From Bacteroidota bacterium (GTDB lineage: Bacteria > Bacteroidota > Bacteroidia > NS11-12g > UBA955), in contig CAUJCT010000006.1 of assembly GCA_963169345.1 (NCBI GenBank), positions 22,819 through 86,818 of the forward strand: a stretch of 64,000 nucleotides of DNA, given 5' to 3'. This document shows positions 1 through 10,731 of this stretch, one piece after another. A program made the position numbers and the translations under genes. Position 1 is the first letter of the stretch. Every line of letters starts with the position of its first letter. The notes under the pieces are model-generated. The model was given only the letters and a program-made list of their open reading frames with translations. It was not told the DNA's origin and did no database searches.

Positions 1-1323
1 AAAGATAGGTTCTGTCAACTTTTACTGCTTCTCCAATCATAGACAAAGACAATGTGCAGGCATCAAAGAAATCGGGATTAGACAGCAGTTCATCCGTAGC
101 TTTCGAAATGGCATTCAGCATACTTTGTTTGGTTTTAAGCGACTCCAGAACTTTCCTTCTTTCGGTGATATCTCTTGAGTTGGCTATTACATAACCTGTT
201 TGACCAATTTGAATATGCTTAACAGTTACCTCAACAGGAAAACGACGTCCTGTTTCCTGGTTAATGTTCAGACCTTCGAGTGTAATATTCCCTTTAGTTT
301 TTAATTCCTGCACATGCTCATCCCAAATCAATTTATTTTCAAATATGGATTCAAAATCCCTGACATGGTAGTTTCTTATTTTATCCCGTGGAATACCAAG
401 ACGACGAGATGCTTCATCGTTCAGATAAAACAAATGTCCATCTTCCGTTGCTACTTGAATGGCATCAGAAGAATTGTTCAGGAGATTGGTGAGAAGTTCG
501 AGATGACTGTTGGCTTCACTTAAAGCCTGTTCGTGTTTTCGGGATTGGGTAATATTTAATCCGTAACCTATTACCTTACTTATTGAACCATCTTCATTTA
601 AAACCGGCGACATAAGTCTGAGGTGAATTTCGTCTTCACCATTCTTATTGGTAATATGCTCTTCCCAACTGTGTGTGGTTTTTGAATCTATGGCTTTCTG
701 AAAGTGAACTCTTCTCTCAGCAGCCAGCGCCAAAGGTTTATTTTTCAACTGACAATAGTCTTCATCCGTTTTGCCAATCATCCACTCTCTTAATTCAGAG
801 TTGGCAATACCTTTTGGATTGACAAAAAGATATCTGTGCTGATGGTCAAACACAGCAATATCAGATGGAATTTTATTGAGAATTTCCTCGTAAAACTGTT
901 TCTGTTGAACAAATTTTTCATTGATTAAAGTTTGTTCAGTCACATCATCATAAACCCATAAATGACCATCGTAGATATTGTCTTTCCAGAGTGGAATATA
1001 AATTCTTCTTAAAACTCTGCCATCCTGAAGTTTAAGACAAGCGTCTTCTTCTTTAACTTTGTTTTTTAAGATTTCATTGATTCTGCTTACAAAATGATCC
1101 GGTTCGGTGAAAAGATGTTTTGTACTCTCCGCAGATTGAGTACAATCCATCCCAATCATTTCAGATGGTTTCATTGGTATCCCAAAAACATTGAGAAAAG
1201 CTTCGTTGACCATGACAATGCGTCTGTCTGAATTTTCGAGCAACAGCCCATATTGAATGGTGTGAAGAATCAAACTCAACTGCTCGCTGCTGAGTTGCAT
1301 GGCCATTTTTACTAGTTGCTGCA
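1..1323 (-). CDS. Multi-PAS domain sensor protein, probably a sensor histidine kinase; 3'-truncated by the window edge. The N-terminal 21 codons (ATG at 1323 or 1299) are in a different frame from the PAS body; a frameshift is suspected near 1258-1262.
   Basis: Hand translation of the minus strand gives three consecutive PAS-like blocks (…PIQYGLLLENSDRRIVMVNEAFLNVFGIP…, …IAVFDHQHRYLFVNPKG…, …LEGLNINQETGRRFPVEV…). The PAS frame has an in-frame stop at 1349-1351 and no ATG before the MVNE codon at 1213. A separate 50-codon ORF beginning MQQLVKMAMQLSSEQLSLILH starts at 1323 in another frame. Confidence 0.6.
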
Positions 1324-1332
1324 TTTTGTAAC

Positions 1333-2085
1333 TTAACTTTTGCGGTATCTCAGCATCATGCGTAAAAACTCATCTTTTTTGGCTCGCGAAATTTCCAATT
1401 TACTGCCATCATTTAAAACCACCATGCCTTCGCCTTCATTTTTAACAATCTCACGAATCTTATTCAGATGAATTAAATGACTTCTGTGCAGTTTATAAAA
1501 AGGATATTTGTTTAAAATGGATTCATAATGATTCATTTTCTTGGTTGAGTTAATTTTCGTACCATCTTCCATATAAATATCCGTATAAGAGCCACAAGCC
1601 TCCATCCGGATGATGGTATTAATGTCTATGAAAATTGTTTTGTCTTGTCTGTTAACAACAAGGATATCATTATAAATACTCGAATCCTCTGATTGCGGCA
1701 ACACATTTTGCTTCTTTAATTTAAGCAAACACTCTTTAATATCATGCAGGCTAACTGGCTTTTGCAGATAATCGAAAACCGAATGTCTGAAAGCTTTTAA
1801 GGCATATTTGTCATGACTGCTCACAACAATGATTTTCGCATCCGACTCTTCTGAAATTGCATTAATTAAATCAAAACCATTCATGTCAGGCATTTCTATA
1901 TCCAGAAATATAACATCAACTGTATTGGAATTAATAAATTTCAATGCATCCAAAGCATTCGAAAAAGATTGTTCGACTCGTAGTTCATTGGGATAAAACT
2001 CACCAATGAGATGTTCGAGCATCAAAAGGTTCTGTGGTTCATCATCTACAATGATGCAATTGTAAAAAGCTTGAATTTCGTTCAT
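1333..2085 (-). CDS. Two-component response regulator, REC receiver + LytTR DNA-binding domain
   Basis: N-terminal receiver motifs (IIVDDEP…, DVIFLDIEMPDMNGFDL). C-terminal LytTR-like block (…IFIDINTIIRMEACGSYTDIYMEDGTKI…KLHRSHLIHLNKIREI…). Confidence 0.85.
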   Translation of the reverse strand: MNEIQAFYNCIIVDDEPQNLLMLEHLIGEFYPNELRVEQSFSNALDALKFINSNTVDVIFLDIEMPDMNGFDLINAISEESDAKIIVVSSHDKYALKAFRHSVFDYLQKPVSLHDIKECLLKLKKQNVLPQSEDSSIYNDILVVNRQDKTIFIDINTIIRMEACGSYTDIYMEDGTKINSTKKMNHYESILNKYPFYKLHRSHLIHLNKIREIVKNEGEGMVVLNDGSKLEISRAKKDEFLRMMLRYRKS

Positions 2086-2267
2086 TTTACGACAGGTAAA
2101 AATGTCTATTGAAATGAAACAAAAAAGAAGCTAAAAAGTTCGAATTCAACAGGATTGCAAAAATAATCTTTCAGTTTTTGTTAAGCTATTATCCCGTGAC
2201 ACAAAGTAGTCTCATTTTAGCTTTTCGCTTCTTTGATACTAATAAACACCTGAATAACAACCAATAA

Positions 2268-2903
2268 TCAACTTACAAGTTTTAATGAAACTGCCTTTTT
2301 AATCAAGCCTGCAGAGTTTTTTACGTCCAGTTTACGGTAGAGTTTGCGTTTGTAATAGGATAGTTTTCCTCTCGGCATATTGAGTCGGTCGACAATATCC
2401 ATGTCGGTCATTTGATCCGAAATATATTGCAGAAGAGTTAATTCAAAATCATTAAGACTCGAAGATTCCATACGTTTGATATTACCGGAACTTTTAATCA
2501 GGCGGATAGCAATGGTTGAGTCGATGTAATAGGCGCCCTGTATCACTTTGTAAATGGCAAAGTTCATCTCTGTCTCATCAAAATCTTTAATCAGATAACC
2601 GTTGGCGCTGGAAGTCAGACAGCTTTGCAAACTCTCTTCATCGTCGGCCATAGACATAAGAATCACTTTGGTTCCAGGGTATTTCATTTTAGTCAGATGA
2701 CAAAGTTTGATTCCACCGATGTCCGGTAACATCATATTCATAAGCACTATATCTGAGGCTTTATCATCCTGCAGAAATTCAGTACCATTGTGAAAAACTT
2801 TGATTTCAGCACCCTCACAAAATTCGAGATTCAATAAAACCTGTTTGATGCCAAGCGCGTGAAAATTGTTTCCGTCGACGATTGAAATTTTAAATGTATT
2901 CAT
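2268..2903 (-). CDS. Response regulator, degenerate REC + LuxR/FixJ-type HTH
   Basis: C-terminal LuxR-type HTH (LTLLQYISDQMTDMDIVDRLNMPRGKLSYYKRKLYRKLDVKNSAGLIKKAV). N-terminal receiver-like fold (ISIVDGNN…IVLMNMMLPDIGG). Confidence 0.75.
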   Translation of the reverse strand: MNTFKISIVDGNNFHALGIKQVLLNLEFCEGAEIKVFHNGTEFLQDDKASDIVLMNMMLPDIGGIKLCHLTKMKYPGTKVILMSMADDEESLQSCLTSSANGYLIKDFDETEMNFAIYKVIQGAYYIDSTIAIRLIKSSGNIKRMESSSLNDFELTLLQYISDQMTDMDIVDRLNMPRGKLSYYKRKLYRKLDVKNSAGLIKKAVSLKLVS

Positions 2904-3311
2904 GTGTATTATACAATTGTTTAATTGATTGCTGCAAAAGTCTAACTTTGGATAATTTGTTGAAGCTCATTTTTCCCGAAACCTTCAAAATATTCTCTGA
3001 AACCAAACAAAAATTTCAATTTATGTTCATCAACTATTGTTGTTATCAAATAGTTACATTTTAATAACCCTCCATTCATTAGTCCTATCAATTGAATTTC
3101 AATAAATTAAAAAACATAAACCCGGACAATATTGAAAATTATAAAAAAATCATTTATCTATCTATTTGATTTTGTGGTATTTAATTTAATTAATTAATTT
3201 TGGCACTTATTTGGTTTTGAATAAAAACTGCAATCCTTTATTATTGAGAATTAACCCCTTATAAAAATAAGTATTTTATACTACTGAGTTAAAACTACCT
3301 AAGACTACACA

Positions 3312-5456
3312 TTGTTTGATTTGTTTTTAAATATAGATTTATTCCATCTTGATTTTTCGAGACATGATATCTTATCCATGTCTTTTATACCGGCAATAAT
3401 TAATGTTGTCATTTTTGGATTTATTCTGTTTTTTCAACCCAATACACGTTTAAATTTAACCTTTGCTCTATTTTGTCTTGTAGTTGCATGCTGGCAATTC
3501 TCGGATGCATTTATGCGACTGGCCTACGATCAGGCTACAGCGGTCGAATGGTATTATATCATGGGTGTATTTGCTCTTTTGGTTACGCCACTTGCTGTAA
3601 TATTTATTATTTTATATGCCCGCTGGCAAAAGTTATTCAGTGGTAAGTTTGTTATGCTTACTCAGTTTATTCCGCCCCTGCTATTTATATGTTTTAATAC
3701 AACCCGCCCCGATACACATGCCATTATACCTTCTGATAAATGGTATTGGATAGCCAATCCCGACCAGCAGATGATAACCAAAATCATTTACTCGTGGGTA
3801 TCACTTCAGGGCATTTTTATATTGGTGTTGCTTGGCATTAATCTATATCAAAACAGACATGATAAAGTTAAAAAACGTCAGTCGACCATGCTGGCAATTG
3901 GATTCTCTCTCCCTGTTGTTGGTGGTATCGTTTCTCAGGCAATAGTACCTCTTTGGCTTGGCTTAGACAATGTGCCCATCACTCCGGTTTTGTTCACATT
4001 CTTTTCAATTTTCACCTTAATAAGCATACTTAAATACAACTTCTTAGATTATTCCCCTAAACAACAATGGGATAAAATCGTTGAAACTATGAAAGAGGGT
4101 TTAGTGATTCTCAACCTCGAAAATATTGTCATGTATGCCAATTCACACTTCTATCAGCTGACCGGATATAACTCTGATGAAATCATAGGTTGCAAGGCAG
4201 ATGAGGAATTTTTAAATCCCATAAACGATATTTCTAAATTTGATGGTGAAGAAACGTATGAAAAACTCATAGTTAAAAAAACAGGTGAAAGAATTTGGGT
4301 ACTGATTTCAGTTACCCCATACAAGAATGACCAAAAAAAGACCATTGGTCTGATTGTCATCTACACCGACATCAACGAATCCAAGCGTTCTAAAGAAAGA
4401 TTCAGGGCACTTGTTGAGAATGCAGGTGATATCATTTCCATGACAGATGCACAATCCAACTTCACCTATGTTAGTCCGGCAATGGAAAAAGTCATTGGCT
4501 ATTCTTGGGAGGATTTAAAAGGTCGTTCCATTTTCAGCATCATGCATCCTGAACAGGCTGAAGAATCTATGGCCAACTTCGATTTCCTGCTGAATAATCC
4601 GAATGTATTAACACCAAGAATCAACAGGTTTATTCATAAAGATGGCTCTGAAATCTGGGTGGAAGGTGTGGTTATTAATCTTTTGAACGATGAAAACGTA
4701 CAGGCCATAGTTTCCAATCACAGAGATATCAGTGAACGAAAAGTCCATGAAGAAAAAATCAAAAACTTTATGGATGTTACCACGGATCAAAACAAGCGTC
4801 TTCAGAATTTCGCCCATATTGTTTCTCATAACATCCGCTCCCACGTTGTAAATATTTCAGGACTCATAGACATTTTGAACTTTACCAAAAAAGAAGAAGA
4901 CCGCGATCAGTTAATCAAAATGCTTAAGACAAGTTCAGATAAATTAACAGAAACAACCGATAACCTCAATGAAATCATTACCATCCAGAACAGCATCATC
5001 AATCAGCTAACGGAAATTGAATTAAAATCTGAAATTGAAAAAACACAAAGTGTCATCAATTCAATGACTCAGACTTTAAAATGTACTATATCCAATCATG
5101 TCGATACTTCTATAACAGTCAATGCTGTTCCTGCTTATCTTGAAAGCATCTTGTTGAACCTTATGACCAATGCAGTAAAATACAGGTCACCCGACAGAGA
5201 TTTGCATATTGAGTTGACTTGTTGCGATGAAGAAAAGTACAAGATTCTAAAGGTTAAAGACAATGGCTTAGGAATCGATATGCAGCAACATGGCAGTAAA
5301 ATTTTCGGCATGTACAAGACGTTTCACTCAAATAAAGATTCCAAAGGATTGGGATTGTTTATTGTCAAGACACAAATTGAAGCAATGGAAGGCAAAATTG
5401 AAGTGGATAGTGTTTATGGTGAGGGGACTACTTTTAAGGTTTACTTCAGGAAATAA
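3312..5456 (+). CDS. Sensor histidine kinase: multi-TM (7TMR-DISM-like) N-terminus, two PAS domains, HisKA + HATPase_c
   Basis: About seven hydrophobic segments in the first 250 aa. PAS blocks follow. H-box FAHIVSHNIRSHV. ATPase G-boxes (KDNGLGIDMQQ…, GKGLGLFIVKTQIEAMEGKIEVDSVYGEGTTFKVYF). Confidence 0.85.
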   Translation: MFDLFLNIDLFHLDFSRHDILSMSFIPAIINVVIFGFILFFQPNTRLNLTFALFCLVVACWQFSDAFMRLAYDQATAVEWYYIMGVFALLVTPLAVIFIILYARWQKLFSGKFVMLTQFIPPLLFICFNTTRPDTHAIIPSDKWYWIANPDQQMITKIIYSWVSLQGIFILVLLGINLYQNRHDKVKKRQSTMLAIGFSLPVVGGIVSQAIVPLWLGLDNVPITPVLFTFFSIFTLISILKYNFLDYSPKQQWDKIVETMKEGLVILNLENIVMYANSHFYQLTGYNSDEIIGCKADEEFLNPINDISKFDGEETYEKLIVKKTGERIWVLISVTPYKNDQKKTIGLIVIYTDINESKRSKERFRALVENAGDIISMTDAQSNFTYVSPAMEKVIGYSWEDLKGRSIFSIMHPEQAEESMANFDFLLNNPNVLTPRINRFIHKDGSEIWVEGVVINLLNDENVQAIVSNHRDISERKVHEEKIKNFMDVTTDQNKRLQNFAHIVSHNIRSHVVNISGLIDILNFTKKEEDRDQLIKMLKTSSDKLTETTDNLNEIITIQNSIINQLTEIELKSEIEKTQSVINSMTQTLKCTISNHVDTSITVNAVPAYLESILLNLMTNAVKYRSPDRDLHIELTCCDEEKYKILKVKDNGLGIDMQQHGSKIFGMYKTFHSNKDSKGLGLFIVKTQIEAMEGKIEVDSVYGEGTTFKVYFRK

Positions 5457-5537
5457 TCAATTCAGAAAAAATTCAAATCTAAATAGAAGCGTGCTCAAGC
5501 CGTAGTTGTAGCATTTACTTTTGTTTTGATTGGATAA

Positions 5538-5575
5538 AAAAAAAAGGGCCAACCAATTGTTCGCCCTTTTTTAAT
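5538..5575. terminator. Bidirectional rho-independent terminator between convergent genes
   Basis: A9 run, then GGGC…GCCC stem around an AACCAATTGTT loop, then a T6 run. Lies between the stop of the + kinase (5456) and the stop of the - gene (5589). Confidence 0.6.
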
Positions 5576-5588
5576 TTATTCATGTCTG

Positions 5589-8500
5589 TTATTGTATCAC
5601 TACTGAATAATATCCCCATTCTCCGTTAATGGATATTTTCAAGGTATAAACACCCGCAGATAAATGTGTCATATCCAGATTAATTTTAGAATCATTAACC
5701 GCTTTTACTTCTACAACCTGACCTAAGGCATTCACCAGTTCTATGCTTTCAATTTGAACAGATGCTTCAATACTAAATGCCCCATTGTTAGGATTTGGAT
5801 ATACTTTCAGGTTAAAGTCGGCATTCACCTGATTAAGCAAGGTAACACTTAAAACCTTAGTAAAGCATGTACCACAACCTTTATCAGACTTGGTACACAA
5901 CTGAACATTCAGTGTTTGATTGACATAAGAATAAGCATACTGGTGATTAGGATCTTGAGTAGTCGATGAATTGCCATCACCAAAATCCCAGGTCCATTGA
6001 GCCACAGTTCCACTGGCAATGGTAGACTTATCCTCAAAACTATAGGTTAAACCTGAAGTTTTTGTGAAATCAAAATCTGTATTTGGCATAGGGAACACTA
6101 CCGCATTGCCGTTTACAGTATCGGCACAATTACCGCTACCTGTCACAATAAACTGAACATTATACGTTTTAGCAGAATCATAGGTATGGAATGGATTCCT
6201 TTGTACAGATGATTTTCCATCGCCAAATTTCCAGAAATACACATTGGCATCACTTGAAGAGTCGGTAAATTGTGTGCTTGTTCCAATACAATCCTCTTTA
6301 ACAACAAATTTGGCTGTAGGATTTTTAATGACCAATACATTGTAATCGACCGTATCTTTACAGGAAGCCTGATTAGACTGTATCAATGTCACTTTACCTG
6401 AACCAGGGGCATTCCATATAATGTTGATGCTTGTAGTTGATTGTCCGCTTATAATTTGTCCACCTGTAACATCCCATAAATAGGTATTACCTGCACTTGG
6501 ATTTGCCTGATAATTTTTGCTTTCTCCATCGCATGAGCTGCCGGGACCAGTGACTGAAGCGCTTGGAGGAAACGCAATGTTCACCAACACAGTATCCGTG
6601 TCAAGGCAACCGGTCGCAACAATAGTTTTGGTCAGATAATAATAAGTTGATTGTAAAGGCTGCACAGTTGGGTTCGCCACATTAGAGCTAAAACTACCAA
6701 CTGAGCTCGACCAGTCATAAGTGAAACCTGCCTGAGAAGCTGCACCTATCTGTGTACTGTTGCCATAACAAATTGTTTTATCTGCGCCAGCATTAGCAAC
6801 AGGAACAGGATTAACACTCACAACAACAGTATCTCTTTTTTTACAACCAAATGTCGTATTGATAACTTCGAGAATATAGGTTGAATTGACTTTAGGATTG
6901 ATGGTCAATTTAGCGGTACTGGCTAAAACATTGCCTCCTAAATCTGTCCACTCGTATGTATGTCCATTGACTGCATTGGCACCAATAACAGCAATATCAC
7001 CACTGCAAATAGTAAAATCCTGACCGGCATTTGCCACAGGCAGAGACCTGACAGATCTGTTTAATGTCAGCGAATCATTAAAGATAATTGGATCGGTTAC
7101 GCCGTTTGGAATAGTAGTCCAGAATGAAAACTTAGGGTTCAAATTTCCAACAAAATTGTAAGTTCCAATAGTTACAGTATCCAACTCATTGGTATTTAAA
7201 GTCCCTGTCCATTTATAGACAGTTTGCGGATTGTTCTGAACTGTCCAGTTGATGTCAGCTGAGGTCAATGGCTTATCACCATAGTTTTTAATCACCACAA
7301 CAATATTGTTTACTCCGGCACAATTTCCATTGGTTGGTCCGGTCATTTCAACTATACCTGCATCTTCATCCATGAGTTTAAACTCGTCTGCTCCAATATC
7401 CGGATTGGTACTGTTGCGGCTTTCACCATCAAAATCGGTGTTGATTCCAGTGATAGCCGAGCCGGAGCCTTTGAGCAAAGGATTGAATATGTGCAAATCT
7501 GAACTTGATTTAAAGAACGGATTAATCGTTTTGGAATTGGCATCTCGACCAGTACCTATGCTATGATCGGTGAATGTATTGTATGTGGCTCCATAATAGG
7601 AAAACTGACCACCTTTCACAATATAGTTATTGTAATCACATGCCGTTACACTTGTTGGATTTGGAACAAACAATGCCTGACCACCTTCCATGAAAATAAT
7701 ATTGTTCTTAATCAACACGTCATTAGAAGATGAAATAGTAATATTAACTGCAATACTCGAACTGACAGCCTGTGTAAAATACATGGTATTGAATGCTACA
7801 GTTTGAAATTCTGTCACATCTAAAGTGATGCCCTTTCCAAAACCCTTATTGATCATGTTATTGGAGATAACACCTGTTGAATTGCTGGTTCCATTACAAT
7901 TGGCCAGGTAAATTGAAGATTCAGTACCCTGATCCAAAAACTGATTGGCATTTACTTTAATGGCGCCGTCACAATCGTTGAGTTGCAGACTGTAGTTTCC
8001 GGCTATCGGTGTAATAACTTTTAAGAAAGTATTATTACTGACATCAATGCCATCATTGTAAAGCACCTGAACTGAATAATTAAATGCACTGTCAAATACA
8101 TTGCCTTTGATGACTGTACCTGTTTCATGCGTAGTTGTAGTTCCTGTATATAGAATGCCATTTTGACCAAACTTGATATTGCAATTAACAATTTCGTTGT
8201 AATCATCCTGACCCTGATCCGACCAGATATTGTAAGCCGTAGTATTGGCTGTCACTAATTTAAGTCCTCTCATGGCGCAATTGTAAAAGCGGTTGTAATT
8301 AGAGCCATTCAATATATGTACAACATGTCCGAAAGGATTGGTACCTGTTCGTTCAAAAGTGATATATTTAAAGGTGATGTAATCTGCCCCTCTTAACTGT
8401 ATTGTGGCATTGTTATTACCTGTTGCAGTAGTCGATGGCAAAGTAACCAATACTCTTGAGCTGTCTTTTGTGGTACCTTCGAAAGTGATGGTATTGGTTG

Positions 8501-10463
8501 AATTCATACCCGGCAATTGTACCAGAGTAATTTGTTCATTATAAACACCAGGACCAACCATGAACTTCAATGGTCCGCAAATTCCCCTTTCAGTGAAGGC
8601 TCCAATCGCAGAGTTAAAAGACTTGAAATCTGCATTCAACGAATCACTGATTTTATACGTTCCCGACATAGCCGGATATCGTATAATCGTAAGCGTATCA
8701 TTGCTTTTCTTACCGTCAGTAGCATTATTGGGATTGACTGTCCAGACTCTTATTGTATAAGGGGTATTGGCATTAAAAGTATAACTACCTAAAATCAAAG
8801 AAGAAGATGAAACACCCGGAGCCACTATACCAGTCCAGTTATAATTTGTTTGACCAACGCCATTGATTTGCCATCTAATCTGAATGGACTTTAATGTATC
8901 ATAACCATAATTCTGAAATTTGATTCTGACATTATGAGTACCTGCACAAAAAACCATAGGACTGTCAACTGAAGTAATACCGCCATCATTGGCTATTGGG
9001 AAAAATTCATCCGCCCCTATATCCGGATTGGTTGTGTCTCTGACTTCGTTGTCTATATCCATTGTTATCCATGGATATTTGAAAGCTTTTCCATTGAGGC
9101 CGATATTGGACACATGCAAATCACGAGTGCTGTTATATCCAGGGTCAATTGAAATGGAATTGGCATCTTTAGAACTGGCAGATTTCCAGGCTGAAAAAGA
9201 TGTATAATCTGTACCACCCCATTTACCTATATAAGTGCCGCTTGCGTAGGCATTGTTATAATCCACACTATCCAGATCAGCTGTATTGGTGCCCACGCTA
9301 TAGGCAAATCCAGCACCTTTATTAATAAAGTTGTTATTTAATAATCGCACATAACTCGAAATATTGGCATAGTGGAAATATGCTGCACCATTTGTAAGCG
9401 CACTGGTGACCAGCACATTGTTATAAAGACAATTGACATAAGAAGAAGAATTAACTGCTAAACCGGTGCAATCAGAAGAACCTCCTCCATTGACAATCCA
9501 GTTGTTGTAAACCATGGCAGGAGCACCCGCTGTACTGGTACAGGTAGATATCATGATACCTCTAACAACCTGAGCATTGACAGCCGACATATAGATTTTA
9601 TTGCGCATGATACGGGGCGAAGTGGACCCTTCGATACGCATACCATACGAAGTATAGTGTCCCAGATTTGCTCCAAAATCGCCAACATTACAGGTGTTGT
9701 TTTCAACTAAAAGTGCAGTTTGAGAAGCCATATAAATAGCTGAAGAGCCGCTGCTGTCAATAGTATTTCCGTAAATGTAGTTGTTTTTGCAGGCACCTGC
9801 ACAATACAAGCCATTATAACCATAAAGCAAACGAGAATTCTGCAATACGGTACTATCTGAGGTAGAGGCTATGTAAAAGCATGTTCCAATCGTACGGTTA
9901 AATCCTAAACTGGAGGTACTATTCTCTTTTTTACCTTTGAAAAAACAGCCATTGAAAATGTTGTTGCTTGCTGTATTGCCGAGCATCACTACAGTAGAAT
10001 AGGCTGATGTGCCAGTTCTTTCGAAACCAATGTTCTGAAAGGTGAGATAGTCGGCGCCATTGATACTTAACACGAAATCATTTGTAGAGCTGGTACTGGA
10101 TGCCACTTTAATCATGCATTTACTGCTTTTACCACCTGCAGATTTGAATACAATTCTTCTGGATGGATTTGAGCCTGTAATTGCTGTAATTTCAATTGGG
10201 TTGGCGTTGTAAATGGTATCGTAGACAGTAAAATTGACAGAAGCACTAATGCCTGGGCCTTGAGTACTTCCGCCATCGGTACGACTTCCACTAAGAAGGT
10301 CGCCAATCGCAGATGCCCAGTTTTGATAGTTGGTGCTACTTGCCGACTTGGTTGGGTCGATGGTGTAGGAACCGCTTAGCTGAGCATAAACAGGAGAAGC
10401 TAATAGCATAAAAACGCATAACAGCGTTAATAGGCGTGGTTGGGGATTGTAGTTTTGTTTCAT
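5589..10463 (-). CDS. Giant secreted T9SS cargo protein (1624 aa): signal peptide, long run of parallel beta-helix (PbH1) repeats, PKD-like domains, C-terminal Por_Secre_tail sorting domain
   Basis: Signal peptide MKQNYNPQPRLLTLLCVFMLLASPVYAQ. Recurring NN[IY]xxGN / NNxI beta-helix turns. PKD motifs (WKFGDGKSSVQRNPFHTY, WDFGDGNSSTTQDPNHQY). C-terminus …KVYPNPNNGAFSIE…LSAGVYTLKISINGEWGYYSVVIQ. Confidence 0.8.
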   Translation of the reverse strand: MKQNYNPQPRLLTLLCVFMLLASPVYAQLSGSYTIDPTKSASSTNYQNWASAIGDLLSGSRTDGGSTQGPGISASVNFTVYDTIYNANPIEITAITGSNPSRRIVFKSAGGKSSKCMIKVASSTSSTNDFVLSINGADYLTFQNIGFERTGTSAYSTVVMLGNTASNNIFNGCFFKGKKENSTSSLGFNRTIGTCFYIASTSDSTVLQNSRLLYGYNGLYCAGACKNNYIYGNTIDSSGSSAIYMASQTALLVENNTCNVGDFGANLGHYTSYGMRIEGSTSPRIMRNKIYMSAVNAQVVRGIMISTCTSTAGAPAMVYNNWIVNGGGSSDCTGLAVNSSSYVNCLYNNVLVTSALTNGAAYFHYANISSYVRLLNNNFINKGAGFAYSVGTNTADLDSVDYNNAYASGTYIGKWGGTDYTSFSAWKSASSKDANSISIDPGYNSTRDLHVSNIGLNGKAFKYPWITMDIDNEVRDTTNPDIGADEFFPIANDGGITSVDSPMVFCAGTHNVRIKFQNYGYDTLKSIQIRWQINGVGQTNYNWTGIVAPGVSSSSLILGSYTFNANTPYTIRVWTVNPNNATDGKKSNDTLTIIRYPAMSGTYKISDSLNADFKSFNSAIGAFTERGICGPLKFMVGPGVYNEQITLVQLPGMNSTNTITFEGTTKDSSRVLVTLPSTTATGNNNATIQLRGADYITFKYITFERTGTNPFGHVVHILNGSNYNRFYNCAMRGLKLVTANTTAYNIWSDQGQDDYNEIVNCNIKFGQNGILYTGTTTTHETGTVIKGNVFDSAFNYSVQVLYNDGIDVSNNTFLKVITPIAGNYSLQLNDCDGAIKVNANQFLDQGTESSIYLANCNGTSNSTGVISNNMINKGFGKGITLDVTEFQTVAFNTMYFTQAVSSSIAVNITISSSNDVLIKNNIIFMEGGQALFVPNPTSVTACDYNNYIVKGGQFSYYGATYNTFTDHSIGTGRDANSKTINPFFKSSSDLHIFNPLLKGSGSAITGINTDFDGESRNSTNPDIGADEFKLMDEDAGIVEMTGPTNGNCAGVNNIVVVIKNYGDKPLTSADINWTVQNNPQTVYKWTGTLNTNELDTVTIGTYNFVGNLNPKFSFWTTIPNGVTDPIIFNDSLTLNRSVRSLPVANAGQDFTICSGDIAVIGANAVNGHTYEWTDLGGNVLASTAKLTINPKVNSTYILEVINTTFGCKKRDTVVVSVNPVPVANAGADKTICYGNSTQIGAASQAGFTYDWSSSVGSFSSNVANPTVQPLQSTYYYLTKTIVATGCLDTDTVLVNIAFPPSASVTGPGSSCDGESKNYQANPSAGNTYLWDVTGGQIISGQSTTSINIIWNAPGSGKVTLIQSNQASCKDTVDYNVLVIKNPTAKFVVKEDCIGTSTQFTDSSSDANVYFWKFGDGKSSVQRNPFHTYDSAKTYNVQFIVTGSGNCADTVNGNAVVFPMPNTDFDFTKTSGLTYSFEDKSTIASGTVAQWTWDFGDGNSSTTQDPNHQYAYSYVNQTLNVQLCTKSDKGCGTCFTKVLSVTLLNQVNADFNLKVYPNPNNGAFSIEASVQIESIELVNALGQVVEVKAVNDSKINLDMTHLSAGVYTLKISINGEWGYYSVVIQ

Positions 10464-10640
10464 AAGTATGTTAAATTGAATTTCAGAGAACTAAAAAATT
10501 GTTTTTTGTAAAACAACTTTATTAACAAATTTAATTTTAATTTTTAAGTAAACAAGTAATTTTTGGAAAAAATAAATTGAAGTAAAAGGCCTGAAATATA
10601 ACTAATTAGTTCCCTCTTAAATAACTACAAATTATGTTTA

Positions 10641-10670
10641 GCCTGCTAATGCCGCAGGCGTGGCATTTAC
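10641..10670. repeat. 30-bp repeat copy 1 (gcctgctaatgccgcaggcgtggcatttac) containing the ATGCC-N8-GGCAT inverted repeat
   Basis: Seen directly in the sequence. The second copy lies 91 bp downstream and matches 28 of 30 bases. Confidence 0.7.
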
Positions 10671-10731
10671 AAATATCTTGCAACAATAAAGCAATTACAT
10701 TATTAATCTAAAATACATTATTAAAATGTTT

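Noticed and set aside
1297-1323. ATG at 1323 or 1299 as a straightforward start of the PAS sensor gene
   Set aside because: These ATGs are in a frame that terminates after 50 codons (stop at about 1172). The PAS-encoding frame is offset, so the start is unresolved or frameshifted rather than simple.
4154-5505. Several 60-78-aa ORFs on either strand within the histidine kinase gene (4154..4360, 4608..4844, 5135..5317, 5290..5505)
   Set aside because: Fully overlapped by the 714-aa kinase ORF, which has clear domain motifs.
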